Virus record (IMG/VR): IMGVR_UViG_3300020595_000014
Source: an uncultured virus (IMG/VR IMGVR_UViG_3300020595_000014)
Taxonomy: Duplodnaviria; Heunggongvirae; Uroviricota; Caudoviricetes
DNA: 20,000 nucleotides
Direction: 5' to 3' (one strand)
A program made the position numbers and the translations under genes. Every line of letters begins with the position of its first letter. Within the stretch, counting starts at the first letter, position 1. This document shows, in pieces, positions 9,687-16,373 of this stretch. The notes below the pieces were generated by a model, which saw nothing but the letters and a program-made list of their open reading frames with translations, did not search any database and was not told the origin of the DNA.

Positions 9687-9896
9687 TTATGGTGAACCTG
9701 GCCTTTTAAATAGATCCCCAGCATTAGGTGCAGAGCGTAGATAATTGAACCCTGCATTCGGAACTGGTCTGAGGTATAGATCTGGATCAACCGGTGGAGG
9801 TCCTCCAGGCTGAGGCTGTGCTCCATCAACATTCAGAGACCCTGACGGGTTTACTGTTGGGAATATATGATTACCTATGGAGGGTATAGTTATCAC
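9687..9896 (-). CDS. Small proline-rich hypothetical protein
   Basis: GTG start directly after the stop of 9897-10181. Fills the gap in the operon. Confidence 0.55.
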   Translation of the reverse strand: MITIPSIGNHIFPTVNPSGSLNVDGAQPQPGGPPPVDPDLYLRPVPNAGFNYLRSAPNAGDLFKRPGSP

Positions 9897-10181
9897 TTAT
9901 CTAGATGGTGAGTTACTATAAAATTGCGTTCTAATATATACATCACCAGTACCGGTTGCGCTTAGTTGATCACTATTAGTAACACCTCTAAATGTAAAGC
10001 TTTCTTTATCACCTAATACAAATGCATTTGCTGCATCACTATAACCACTATCATTAATAGTAATATCAGCACCGGTTCTATTAATAACAACAACTTCAGA
10101 GCAACTTTGATCTACAAGTTTAGTTAGACCAGCGATTGCAATCTTATATGATCTACATTTGTTTAAATTGACATATTCCAT
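9897..10181 (-). CDS. Hypothetical protein, first gene of the late operon
   Basis: 94-aa beta-rich ORF starting 5 nt after TATAAATA. Confidence 0.7.
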   Translation of the reverse strand: MEYVNLNKCRSYKIAIAGLTKLVDQSCSEVVVINRTGADITINDSGYSDAANAFVLGDKESFTFRGVTNSDQLSATGTGDVYIRTQFYSNSPSR

Positions 10182-10186
10182 GTTAA

Positions 10187-10194
10187 TATTTATA
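10187..10194 (-). promoter_or_regulatory. T4-type late promoter TATAAATA
   Basis: Exact T4 late consensus, then TTAAC, then ATG 10181. Heads the minus-strand structural cluster. Confidence 0.7.
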
Positions 10195-10232
10195 CAATCT
10201 TGTCTCTCTTATCAGCTAGTATGTAGGATTTT

Positions 10233-10240
10233 TATAAATA
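10233..10240 (+). promoter_or_regulatory. T4-type late promoter TATAAATA
   Basis: Exact consensus, then TACAT, then ATG 10246. Divergent from the copy at 10187-10194. Confidence 0.65.
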
Positions 10241-10245
10241 TACAT

Positions 10246-10473
10246 ATGGACAAAGGACTATTAATACTATTGTCATTAGCTGTAATACTAACTATAACGA
10301 TATTACTTGAGATTTTAGGTATCGTTACGCACGCGTACATCCAAGCTACTATGATGATAAGTCTCGGTTATCATATATGTTATGCTATCTATGCAGTCTG
10401 TGAGTGGAGGGGAAGAACACGCATACGCAATGTAAGGAGAGCTAACTTGAGGCCACCTGGTAGAGATTTATAA
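10246..10473 (+). CDS. Small two-TM membrane protein with a basic C-terminal tail (holin-like topology)
   Basis: MDKGLLILLSLAVILTITILLEILGIV...MMISLGYHICYAIYAVC followed by an R-rich tail. Start reassigned to 10246. Confidence 0.6.
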   Translation: MDKGLLILLSLAVILTITILLEILGIVTHAYIQATMMISLGYHICYAIYAVCEWRGRTRIRNVRRANLRPPGRDL

Positions 10474-10632
10474 CTAAGCTTGCTGAGCTAATATAAGACC
10501 TACATTAGCGGCACCATATGATAGCCAAGTAATGGCCCATGGCAGATTGCCCTTAAGAAGATAGGATGTACCTACCACTATATAGCCTACCATACACACG
10601 GCGACCACTATGTTCTCTAGCGTTAATTGCAT
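10474..10632 (-). CDS. Small membrane protein, 52 aa (not in ORF track)
   Basis: MQLTLENIVVAVCMVGYIVVGTSYLLKGNLPWAITWLSYGAANVGLILAQQA*. ATG is 6 nt after a minus-strand GGAAC-TCTAA-TATAAT element. Confidence 0.7.
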   Translation of the reverse strand: MQLTLENIVVAVCMVGYIVVGTSYLLKGNLPWAITWLSYGAANVGLILAQQA

Positions 10633-10707
10633 CCCATAATTATATTAGAGTTCCTGTTGATAGCTAGTATATCTTTTGCCTATACGGGAACACCGGTATA
10701 ATAATGT

Positions 10708-11049
10708 ATGAGCAAACAAAAGCCAAGCCATATGGATGAGCTGACCTTGCAATTATTTGACGAGGTTAAGATTAAACCGGACTTATACCCAGGCTATGCT
10801 ACAGGCGATGCCTCTGTACAGCATAGCTATTTCATCATTAAGAAATACGACGTTGAGTTAGGAGGGCATACAGTACCGTTCGTGGATATTCTTAGACACT
10901 CAGAGCAAGAAGAGATTGATTTGCACAACCAAGCATGGCAATATGTTATGGCAATGCCGCGGTGGACTAAGCCTTTTATACTTTCTTTCCCAGCTGAGAG
11001 TGTGCGTCGTGTGCCGACCCTTACCGTCCGGTTGAACAAACTCGACTAG
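10708..11049 (+). CDS. Hypothetical protein
   Basis: 113-aa ORF starting 5 nt after the element at 10687. Confidence 0.75.
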   Translation: MSKQKPSHMDELTLQLFDEVKIKPDLYPGYATGDASVQHSYFIIKKYDVELGGHTVPFVDILRHSEQEEIDLHNQAWQYVMAMPRWTKPFILSFPAESVRRVPTLTVRLNKLD

Positions 11050-11053
11050 AACA

Positions 11054-11191
11054 ATGAAGCTCACAACAATAATAGCAATAGGCGCTAGTGTAGCAGTTGT
11101 CTTGAATGGTATTGGCGCCACAGATCAAATATTCGAGTTCATAGTCAATTTATTACACCTTCACACTTTATCCCAGATAACGCCGCCATGA
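11054..11191 (+). CDS. Small hydrophobic hypothetical protein, 45 aa (not in ORF track)
   Basis: MKLTTIIAIGASVAVVLNGIG...TPP*. ATGA overlap with the next ORF. Confidence 0.5.
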   Translation: MKLTTIIAIGASVAVVLNGIGATDQIFEFIVNLLHLHTLSQITPP

Positions 11192-11397
11192 TATTAAATA
11201 TACAAGTGGAACCGCATAATAATCACTTTAAATCAGAAGAGGATTGGAGCGCGCCAGTAGTCAACCGGATTATTCCTAGAGAGAAGAGAACACTAAGGAA
11301 GGCATGCGTTACAGCTCTCGGGGTAGTCTTCTATATAACACTCGTAGTAGGCAGCATCTTAGGAGCAATAATAACTATAACAAGCAATCGCGATTAA
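11188..11397 (+). CDS. Small membrane protein
   Basis: C-terminal TM segment (ACVTALGVVFYITLVVGSILGAIITI). Translationally coupled to its neighbours. Confidence 0.6.
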   Translation: MILNIQVEPHNNHFKSEEDWSAPVVNRIIPREKRTLRKACVTALGVVFYITLVVGSILGAIITITSNRD

Positions 11398-11399
11398 TC

Positions 11400-11585
11400 A
11401 TGAAGCCTATAGGAGAGTTGACACAACAGAATATATCTGACCGGTTAGAGTGCCTTGAGTGGTACCTGAAATATTATAAGAAACAGAACACTGAACTAGT
11501 GCATGCGTATGAAGAGTCGCAAGTAAAGATGGTTAAGGTTCTAGAGTCAATTGAGATGTATGAGAGCATGCAAGAACAAACCTGA
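11400..11585 (+). CDS. Hypothetical coiled-coil protein, paralog of 13885-14064
   Basis: Start reassigned to ATG 11400 (MKPIGEL). Shares RLExLExxLKYxK...EES with 13885-14064. Confidence 0.7.
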   Translation: MKPIGELTQQNISDRLECLEWYLKYYKKQNTELVHAYEESQVKMVKVLESIEMYESMQEQT

Positions 11586-11590
11586 CGATA

Positions 11591-11755
11591 ATGTATACCG
11601 TTGAAGTAAAACATGATGGAAAGTGGAAGGAAGTAGACTCCGGAGAGTCATACCGGAATGTTAGGTTTACGGTAGATCTGTTTGTTGAGGCATTCGATAC
11701 GGACAGGGTACGCGTGAGGGCACCAGATGGGAGCTATATAGAGCTAGAGAAATAA
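11591..11755 (+). CDS. Hypothetical protein, 54 aa (not in ORF track)
   Basis: MYTVEVKHDGKWKEVDSGESY...RVRAPDGSYIELEK*. Stops 1 nt before the element at 11757. Confidence 0.65.
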   Translation: MYTVEVKHDGKWKEVDSGESYRNVRFTVDLFVEAFDTDRVRVRAPDGSYIELEK

Positions 11756-11778
11756 CGGAACACTGATATAATAACAGT

Positions 11779-11928
11779 ATGAAACCAGAAGAAAGAATGC
11801 AAGCATGGAAATCAATCAAAGGAGCTAAGCCAACATGGGAGGAATTCAAGCGCTTACTATCAGCTAGCGAGTACGATGTAGAGAAAGCCTTAAAGAAATG
11901 GAAGAAGAAACATCCGTTCCTGAAGTAA
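11779..11928 (+). CDS. Small basic hypothetical protein, 49 aa (not in ORF track)
   Basis: MKPEERMQAWKSIKGAKPTWEEFKRLL...KKKHPFLK*. ATG is 6 nt after TATAAT. Confidence 0.7.
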   Translation: MKPEERMQAWKSIKGAKPTWEEFKRLLSASEYDVEKALKKWKKKHPFLK

Positions 11929-12186
11929 TATCATAAGAAGATATAAGAAAACATATAAGGATAATATAAAAAGACACAAAATTCCTGTATAGTTACTATA
12001 TAACACTATGATAAAGAGACAATAGAGAATCTAAGAGAGAACATAGAAGAGACGGGAACTTCCGGAGAGAAGAGCTTTTACGAAATAGCTAAATGCAAAG
12101 GGAACACGATCGAAATAAGCGAATACAATTGTTCTAGAATCGAAATAGTCTGAGACCAATGAGAGACAATCTATCTGCACAGTTTA

Positions 12187-12236
12187 AAGCTATATCTGCC
12201 TAGGTGGAGGGCTTTGCTAAGCTATATCTGCCTAGG
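12187..12236. repeat. 18-bp direct repeat AAGCTATATCTGCCTAGG, two copies
   Basis: Copies at 12187-12204 and 12219-12236 in a non-coding stretch. Confidence 0.85.
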
Positions 12237-12374
12237 CGCTGCGGTTGAACTAGATAATATAAACGTGTGGAGATTATTACCTCGACTATATATCTCCCCG
12301 GGGCTCTGAGCTCTGCACCTCGGAATGCTACGCGCTTAGAGAGATGGGAACACTATTATAATAAGTAATAGCAT

Positions 12375-12602
12375 ATGAATAAAGGACCATTTGAATCAAA
12401 GAAGTTTACAGCCCTGATCTCTGGGATTGTCTTTAATGCTATTTTCGCAGGCCTCTCATTGTACTTCATTGCAGGTAATCCAGAGTCTGCTGTATCTATA
12501 GTAAACCTTATGACGGTATCATTAGCCTCTGTTAATGGTCTCATCTCTCTATATGCCATCGGCCAATCTGCGGTCGACTGGAAGATCAATACACCGAAGT
12601 AA
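12375..12602 (+). CDS. Two-TM membrane protein (holin-like)
   Basis: ESKKF, then two hydrophobic helices, then YAIGQSAVDWK. Confidence 0.65.
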   Translation: MNKGPFESKKFTALISGIVFNAIFAGLSLYFIAGNPESAVSIVNLMTVSLASVNGLISLYAIGQSAVDWKINTPK

Positions 12603-12606
12603 CTAC

Positions 12607-12765
12607 ATGAAGAAGAAGAACGCCATTAGGCTCGAGCTATGCCAGCTGATATCAGACGGGCTACTGGATAAGGACCTGGTACTGCTAGAGTTAATTTCTA
12701 GAACACCTCCTGGTAAGATTAGGGAACTAATCGAGATACTCAGACCATCAGAAGTGGTTGAGTAG
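12607..12765 (+). CDS. Hypothetical protein
   Basis: Start reassigned to ATG 12607 (MKKKNAIRLEL...), 4 nt after the upstream stop. Confidence 0.6.
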   Translation: MKKKNAIRLELCQLISDGLLDKDLVLLELISRTPPGKIRELIEILRPSEVVE

Positions 12766-12992
12766 AGGGAACTATTCTCATTATACTTTAGTTCCTATAC
12801 ACACAAAAAGGGAACTACTTTATAAAAAAAGAGTTCTCCCCAGACCTATAGTCTCATTGTTAGTCAGCTTGTCTGTAGGTCATACCCTCCCTACATCTAT
12901 ATTATATCGGTGTTCCTCTTTAGTGTAATTTGTACACTATACATCAAAGCTCCGAAGCCTATTATAAAAGGAACACTAATATAATAAAGGTG

Positions 12993-13178
12993 ATGAAAGA
13001 GATAAAGAGATGGATAGTAGCATACGACGCCGATGGTGAGACAGATATCTGCAGACATATAATGGCTGAAACGAGAGAGGAAGCAGAGAAGGAGTTAGCT
13101 AATCAGGTTAATTTAGAATTCTGTACTAATGTAGAGATGTTCGAAGATACACTCGCTCCTACGTGGCAGGAACTGTAA
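12993..13178 (+). CDS. Acidic hypothetical protein
   Basis: Starts GTG-ATG after element 12970. Ends WQEL* inside the next element. Confidence 0.75.
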   Translation: MKEIKRWIVAYDADGETDICRHIMAETREEAEKELANQVNLEFCTNVEMFEDTLAPTWQEL

Positions 13179-13189
13179 TATAATTAGGT

Positions 13190-13351
13190 ATGTTAAAAGT
13201 ACTACTAGAGATGTTGGATCAAGTTGAAGCAGCTTGGAAGGCTGGCCACCTCACAAGAAGAGAGGCACAACGCGAGTGTGTGTGGATTGGTGCATGTATG
13301 GATGCTTATGAGCTTGAGCAACAGATCGCTGCGAACCCTCTGAGGGGCTAG
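13190..13351 (+). CDS. Hypothetical protein, 53 aa (not in ORF track)
   Basis: MLKVLLEMLDQVEAAWKAGHLTRREAQREC...PLRG*. Flanked by elements 13169 and 13356. Confidence 0.7.
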   Translation: MLKVLLEMLDQVEAAWKAGHLTRREAQRECVWIGACMDAYELEQQIAANPLRG

Positions 13352-13375
13352 TATAGGAACACTAATATAATAAAG

Positions 13376-13588
13376 GTGATGAAAGATAATAACCATAAAG
13401 TCAGTGATGAGGTCCACTATAACATCCCAGTTAAGGTCAGAGAGATTGTCAATGGGCACCTGTTGATAAATGAGAGGCTTCAGTGTCAGCACAACAGAGA
13501 GATACTAGATGAGATCATTGCTGATCTACAGCAGTATGCTTCTGAGTTACCATCAGTCTCTGATCTAGAAACCTGTAATGTCCTCTAG
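13376..13588 (+). CDS. Hypothetical protein
   Basis: GTG-ATG start after element 13356. Confidence 0.7.
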   Translation: MMKDNNHKVSDEVHYNIPVKVREIVNGHLLINERLQCQHNREILDEIIADLQQYASELPSVSDLETCNVL

Positions 13589-13589
13589 T

Positions 13590-13847
13590 ATGAATGTTAT
13601 TAAAAGAAGAACGAGATGCGCCTTAGATCTAATGAAGGAGGGCGGTCTAACATCTGATGGTGAGTTAGATACACATAACAACTATATGATGGAAGACCTT
13701 AAGGATAAGGTAGATGATCTAGATAACTGGCTCAATGGAACTGATGGTGGGTTTGATCAAGATAACTCTTTACATATGAACATGTTGGCTGATATTGTCA
13801 TGTGCTATGATAAGCTTGAAAGTATATGCGAGAGGGTAGTCCAATAG
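13590..13847 (+). CDS. Acidic hypothetical protein, paralog of 18186-18476
   Basis: Start probably ATG 13590. Shares Y..E.L..K...D.W...FD.DN..H....A...M..D.L..I.E with 18186-18476. Confidence 0.7.
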   Translation: MNVIKRRTRCALDLMKEGGLTSDGELDTHNNYMMEDLKDKVDDLDNWLNGTDGGFDQDNSLHMNMLADIVMCYDKLESICERVVQ

Positions 13848-13884
13848 TTGGACTACGAAAAAGTAACACTGATATAATATACAC

Positions 13885-14064
13885 ATGATAGATTACCAAC
13901 ATTACGTAGCTGAGCGGTTAGAGAGTCTAGAGTTAGACCTGAAGTACCATAAGATGAGAAGCACACACCTTGCGCGCAAGCTAGAAGAGAGTGAGGACAA
14001 GCTATCAGAGATCTTAAAAGAGATTCGCGACCTTAAGGTTAACTATAAACAGCCAGTACAGTAA
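13885..14064 (+). CDS. Coiled-coil hypothetical protein, 59 aa (not in ORF track), paralog of 11400-11585
   Basis: MIDYQHYVAERLESLELDLKYHKMRSTHLARKLEESEDKL... follows the variant element GTAAC-ACTGA-TATAAT. Confidence 0.7.
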   Translation: MIDYQHYVAERLESLELDLKYHKMRSTHLARKLEESEDKLSEILKEIRDLKVNYKQPVQ

Positions 14065-14065
14065 C

Positions 14066-14227
14066 ATGACTAACTACATCACATATACAACAGACGGTAG
14101 ATACTTCGTTATCGATAATACATCCCTGCAGCAAGACGGTATCCTTGCTCATGCTATTAAGTGCGAGTGTACGTCGAATTGGGACGCTCAGGAGATCGCA
14201 GATAGTCTTAACGGTGAAGTATTATAG
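14066..14227 (+). CDS. Hypothetical protein, 53 aa (not in ORF track)
   Basis: MTNYITYTTDGRYFVIDN...WDAQEIADSLNGEVL*. Starts 1 nt after the previous stop and ends just before element 14232. Confidence 0.65.
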   Translation: MTNYITYTTDGRYFVIDNTSLQQDGILAHAIKCECTSNWDAQEIADSLNGEVL

Positions 14228-14253
14228 AAAGGGAACACTTATATAATAATAGT

Positions 14254-14442
14254 ATGAGCAGTTGGATTTGGAAATTTGAGCAAGGTGATGAGGTCATTGT
14301 CGATGGTGAGCTTCTGTATGTAGAGAAGAAGGCTAAGAAGAAGTGGTACCTACCGCTAGCGCCAGACACCTGGTGGTGCTATAATGGCTACGGCGAGGAT
14401 CAATTAGTTAAAGAGAGTGACATGACGCATAAGGAACTCTGA
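14254..14442 (+). CDS. Small beta-rich (SH3/KOW-like pattern) hypothetical protein, paralog of 14737-14922
   Basis: Follows element 14232. GDEVIVDGELLYVE...W...GED...SD..HKEL*. Confidence 0.75.
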   Translation: MSSWIWKFEQGDEVIVDGELLYVEKKAKKKWYLPLAPDTWWCYNGYGEDQLVKESDMTHKEL

Positions 14443-14452
14443 TATAATAAAG

Positions 14453-14716
14453 GTGATGAAGACACAAACTATGACACCCACCACGCCTGCTAACATCTAC
14501 GACTTCAATGAAGAGGTTGTGAGCATTCCTTTAATCAGCCTGACCACACTAGTGAGTGGGCTTAAGCTGAGTGTTAAGTTCAATGAGGACTTTAAAGGAT
14601 GTGTAAAGACAGCTCGACATCTACTATCAACTCCTAAGGGCTATAGGACAGAAGACATCCTGCACCACCTGGAGACATCACTAGCTGACACTAAGGCACA
14701 CTATGGCATAGAGTAA
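14453..14716 (+). CDS. Hypothetical protein
   Basis: Bounded by elements 14433 and 14717. Confidence 0.75.
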   Translation: MMKTQTMTPTTPANIYDFNEEVVSIPLISLTTLVSGLKLSVKFNEDFKGCVKTARHLLSTPKGYRTEDILHHLETSLADTKAHYGIE

Positions 14717-14736
14717 GGAACTCTGATATAATTAAG

Positions 14737-14922
14737 GTGATGAAAAATAAAGATATAAAGAATGGTGACTTTGTTCTCTACACGCAAGGAGACAAGAGTG
14801 TCATCCTGTACGTAGAGTTCTACAATGAGAGTGACGACGTCTGGTTAGGAACAGACTCTGACGGGGAAGATTACTTCTTTCAAGCTAGCGATATTGACCC
14901 ATGTGACCATAAGGAACTCTGA
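14737..14922 (+). CDS. Small acidic beta-rich hypothetical protein, paralog of 14254-14442
   Basis: Bounded by elements 14717 and 14913. Ends HKEL*. Confidence 0.75.
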   Translation: MMKNKDIKNGDFVLYTQGDKSVILYVEFYNESDDVWLGTDSDGEDYFFQASDIDPCDHKEL

Positions 14923-14934
14923 TATAATAATAGT

Positions 14935-15225
14935 ATGATGAATATAAAACCGACAATTCGCGAGGTAAAGGTAATCCTTAACGCACTAGGAATCGATAGA
15001 GACGCAATCTCACACCATTGGAATGATACAAGAGTTCGGGGAGGGCGTATTAAGTTCTATTCTAGGAACAATATTGACAATGTCTTACCGAAACTAAATG
15101 ATCATTTAGTATCATTGTTCCCAGACTTTAAAGTCGAATCGACTAGTTATGGTAGGAACGTATATACAATTCACTTCAAGGAGATGGATGCAACGTTTGA
15201 CTTCTTCGGAGTCAACCCTTCTTAG
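14935..15225 (+). CDS. Hypothetical protein
   Basis: Bounded by elements 14913 and 15225. Confidence 0.75.
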   Translation: MMNIKPTIREVKVILNALGIDRDAISHHWNDTRVRGGRIKFYSRNNIDNVLPKLNDHLVSLFPDFKVESTSYGRNVYTIHFKEMDATFDFFGVNPS

Positions 15226-15246
15226 GAACCCCGATATAATAATAGC

Positions 15247-15486
15247 ATGAACAACAACGAGATGAAGAACATAACACTCTCCCGGATCACGTCCGTTCTA
15301 GATACAGTGAGCTGTAAACTAGTACTCCTAGAGGCACTCGATCGCGATCAGAGCGATAGTGGTTACGGTGATCTTATCGATCAGATAGCTACAATGCGAG
15401 CAGGTCTCGCTACTCTTCAAGGAGCTGTCTCACGAGCAGAATCAGTAGTACCATCAACTATTAGCAGCTCTAGACATCTCGTTTAA
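15247..15486 (+). CDS. Helical hypothetical protein
   Basis: Follows element 15225. Confidence 0.7.
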   Translation: MNNNEMKNITLSRITSVLDTVSCKLVLLEALDRDQSDSGYGDLIDQIATMRAGLATLQGAVSRAESVVPSTISSSRHLV

Positions 15487-15493
15487 ACACTCT

Positions 15494-15553
15494 CTCGAAG
15501 AATACTCTTCGAGCGCTACCGAGGAGTGCTCGTACAAAAAAACGAGCACTCCT
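15494..15553. terminator. Two adjacent perfect hairpins (possible terminator or processing signal)
   Basis: CTCGAAGA-ATAC-TCTTCGAG (15494-15513) and AGGAGTGCTCGT-8 nt-ACGAGCACTCCT (15522-15553). No clear U-tract. Confidence 0.45.
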
Positions 15554-15583
15554 TACATAAAGGAACACTGATATAATAATAAT

Positions 15584-15805
15584 ATGAACGCAAATAAAAA
15601 GCAAGTAAACGTCGAAAGCCGCACCCGTCAACCAAACCTATTCTCGGTTGTACTAGAGCGCGACCCATCCACCGGTGACTTCACCGTGGTAGGTCATCAA
15701 GCAAAGCGCCTGGTAATGAAGAATCAGTTTAAGGGTGACTGGGTAAAAGTAGCGCCGCGAGCCATCGCTAAGGCACTCCGCAATAACAAGATCAAAGCTG
15801 CATAG
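15584..15805 (+). CDS. Basic hypothetical protein
   Basis: Follows element 15562. Confidence 0.75.
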   Translation: MNANKKQVNVESRTRQPNLFSVVLERDPSTGDFTVVGHQAKRLVMKNQFKGDWVKVAPRAIAKALRNNKIKAA

Positions 15806-15823
15806 CACCTACGATTTTCATCA

Positions 15824-15850
15824 GTCCCTGGACATGGGCCTAAACTGTCC
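15824..15850 (+). ncRNA. Candidate H-type pseudoknot motif, copy 1
   Basis: GTCC-CT-GGACA-T-GGGC-CTAAAC-TGTCC. P1 is GUCC/GGGC and P2 is GGACA/UGUCC. Confidence 0.6.
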
Positions 15851-15881
15851 GATCTTTTACAGTTTGAAGAAGAATGATCTG

Positions 15882-15969
15882 TGGCCTGTGCGCCGAGCGG
15901 TCGAAGGCGCCGGACTCATAATCCGGGACGTAAGATACATCGTGGGTTCAAATCCCACCGGGCCGACCA
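15882..15969 (+). tRNA. tRNA with CAU anticodon (Met or Ile2) and a long variable arm
   Basis: Acceptor TGGCCTG/CGGGCCG plus A-CCA. Anticodon arm CCGGA-CTCATAA-TCCGG with CAT at 15917-15919. T arm GTGGG-TTCAAAT-CCCAC. Variable region 15 nt. Confidence 0.92.
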
Positions 15970-16004
15970 TTCTTCACAAATAGGAACACAGATATAATAA
16001 TAGT

Positions 16005-16184
16005 ATGGCCGACAGTATACAACTACAATCTTTAGAAGAGAGCTTAGCTCGAATGTTTGAGAAAGAACTCGACAAGCTACATACTATTATAGCTGAGCTT
16101 GAGAGCAACATCTCTACTACTATGTCGGAGGTAGAGAAACTTAAAGCAGCAGCTAATCGAGGTAATACGCCTTACGATTGGTAA
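16005..16184 (+). CDS. Coiled-coil hypothetical protein, 59 aa (not in ORF track)
   Basis: MADSIQLQSLEESLARMFEKELDKLH...TPYDW*. ATG is 6 nt after TATAAT of element 15983. Confidence 0.7.
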   Translation: MADSIQLQSLEESLARMFEKELDKLHTIIAELESNISTTMSEVEKLKAAANRGNTPYDW

Positions 16185-16315
16185 CCCTTTTCGATCGAGT
16201 GCGTCAAAGAACAACATGTCCTTATCACTACTAAATTAAGACGCCAGGCATAGCCTACGATCATCACATTGATCCCCGAGTATAATGTAAACTGGATCGT
16301 TAAACAAACTGCTCT

Positions 16316-16343
16316 AGGACCTTAGCATGTCTTTAAACTGCTA
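16316..16343 (+). ncRNA. Candidate H-type pseudoknot motif, copy 2
   Basis: AGGAC-CT-TAGCA-T-GTCTT-TAAAC-TGCTA. P1 is AGGAC/GUCUU and P2 is UAGCA/UGCUA. Confidence 0.6.
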
Positions 16344-16373
16344 CCACTTTCTAAGAACCCCGTCATAATAATA

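Noticed and set aside
268..9695. Opposite-strand ORFs in the track (268-531, 1108-1329, 2047-2496, 2728-3006, 3658-3933, 5176-5373, 5757-6095, 7354-7816, 7871-8832, 9390-9695)
   Set aside because: They are antisense shadows of well-supported genes, with no recognisable motifs or start signals.
10687..10702. GGAAC as an ECF (sigmaE-type) -35 element
   Set aside because: It lies only 5 nt from a sigma70-type TATAAT, not about 16 nt from an ECF-type -10.
11208..11224. GGAACCGCATAATAAT as another copy of the element
   Set aside because: The spacing is wrong, TATAAT and a following ATG are missing, and it lies inside a coding region.
15197..15215. cUUCGg-capped hairpin (TTGACTTCTTCGGAGTCAA)
   Set aside because: It is a single short bulged stem inside a CDS with no U-tract, and could be chance.
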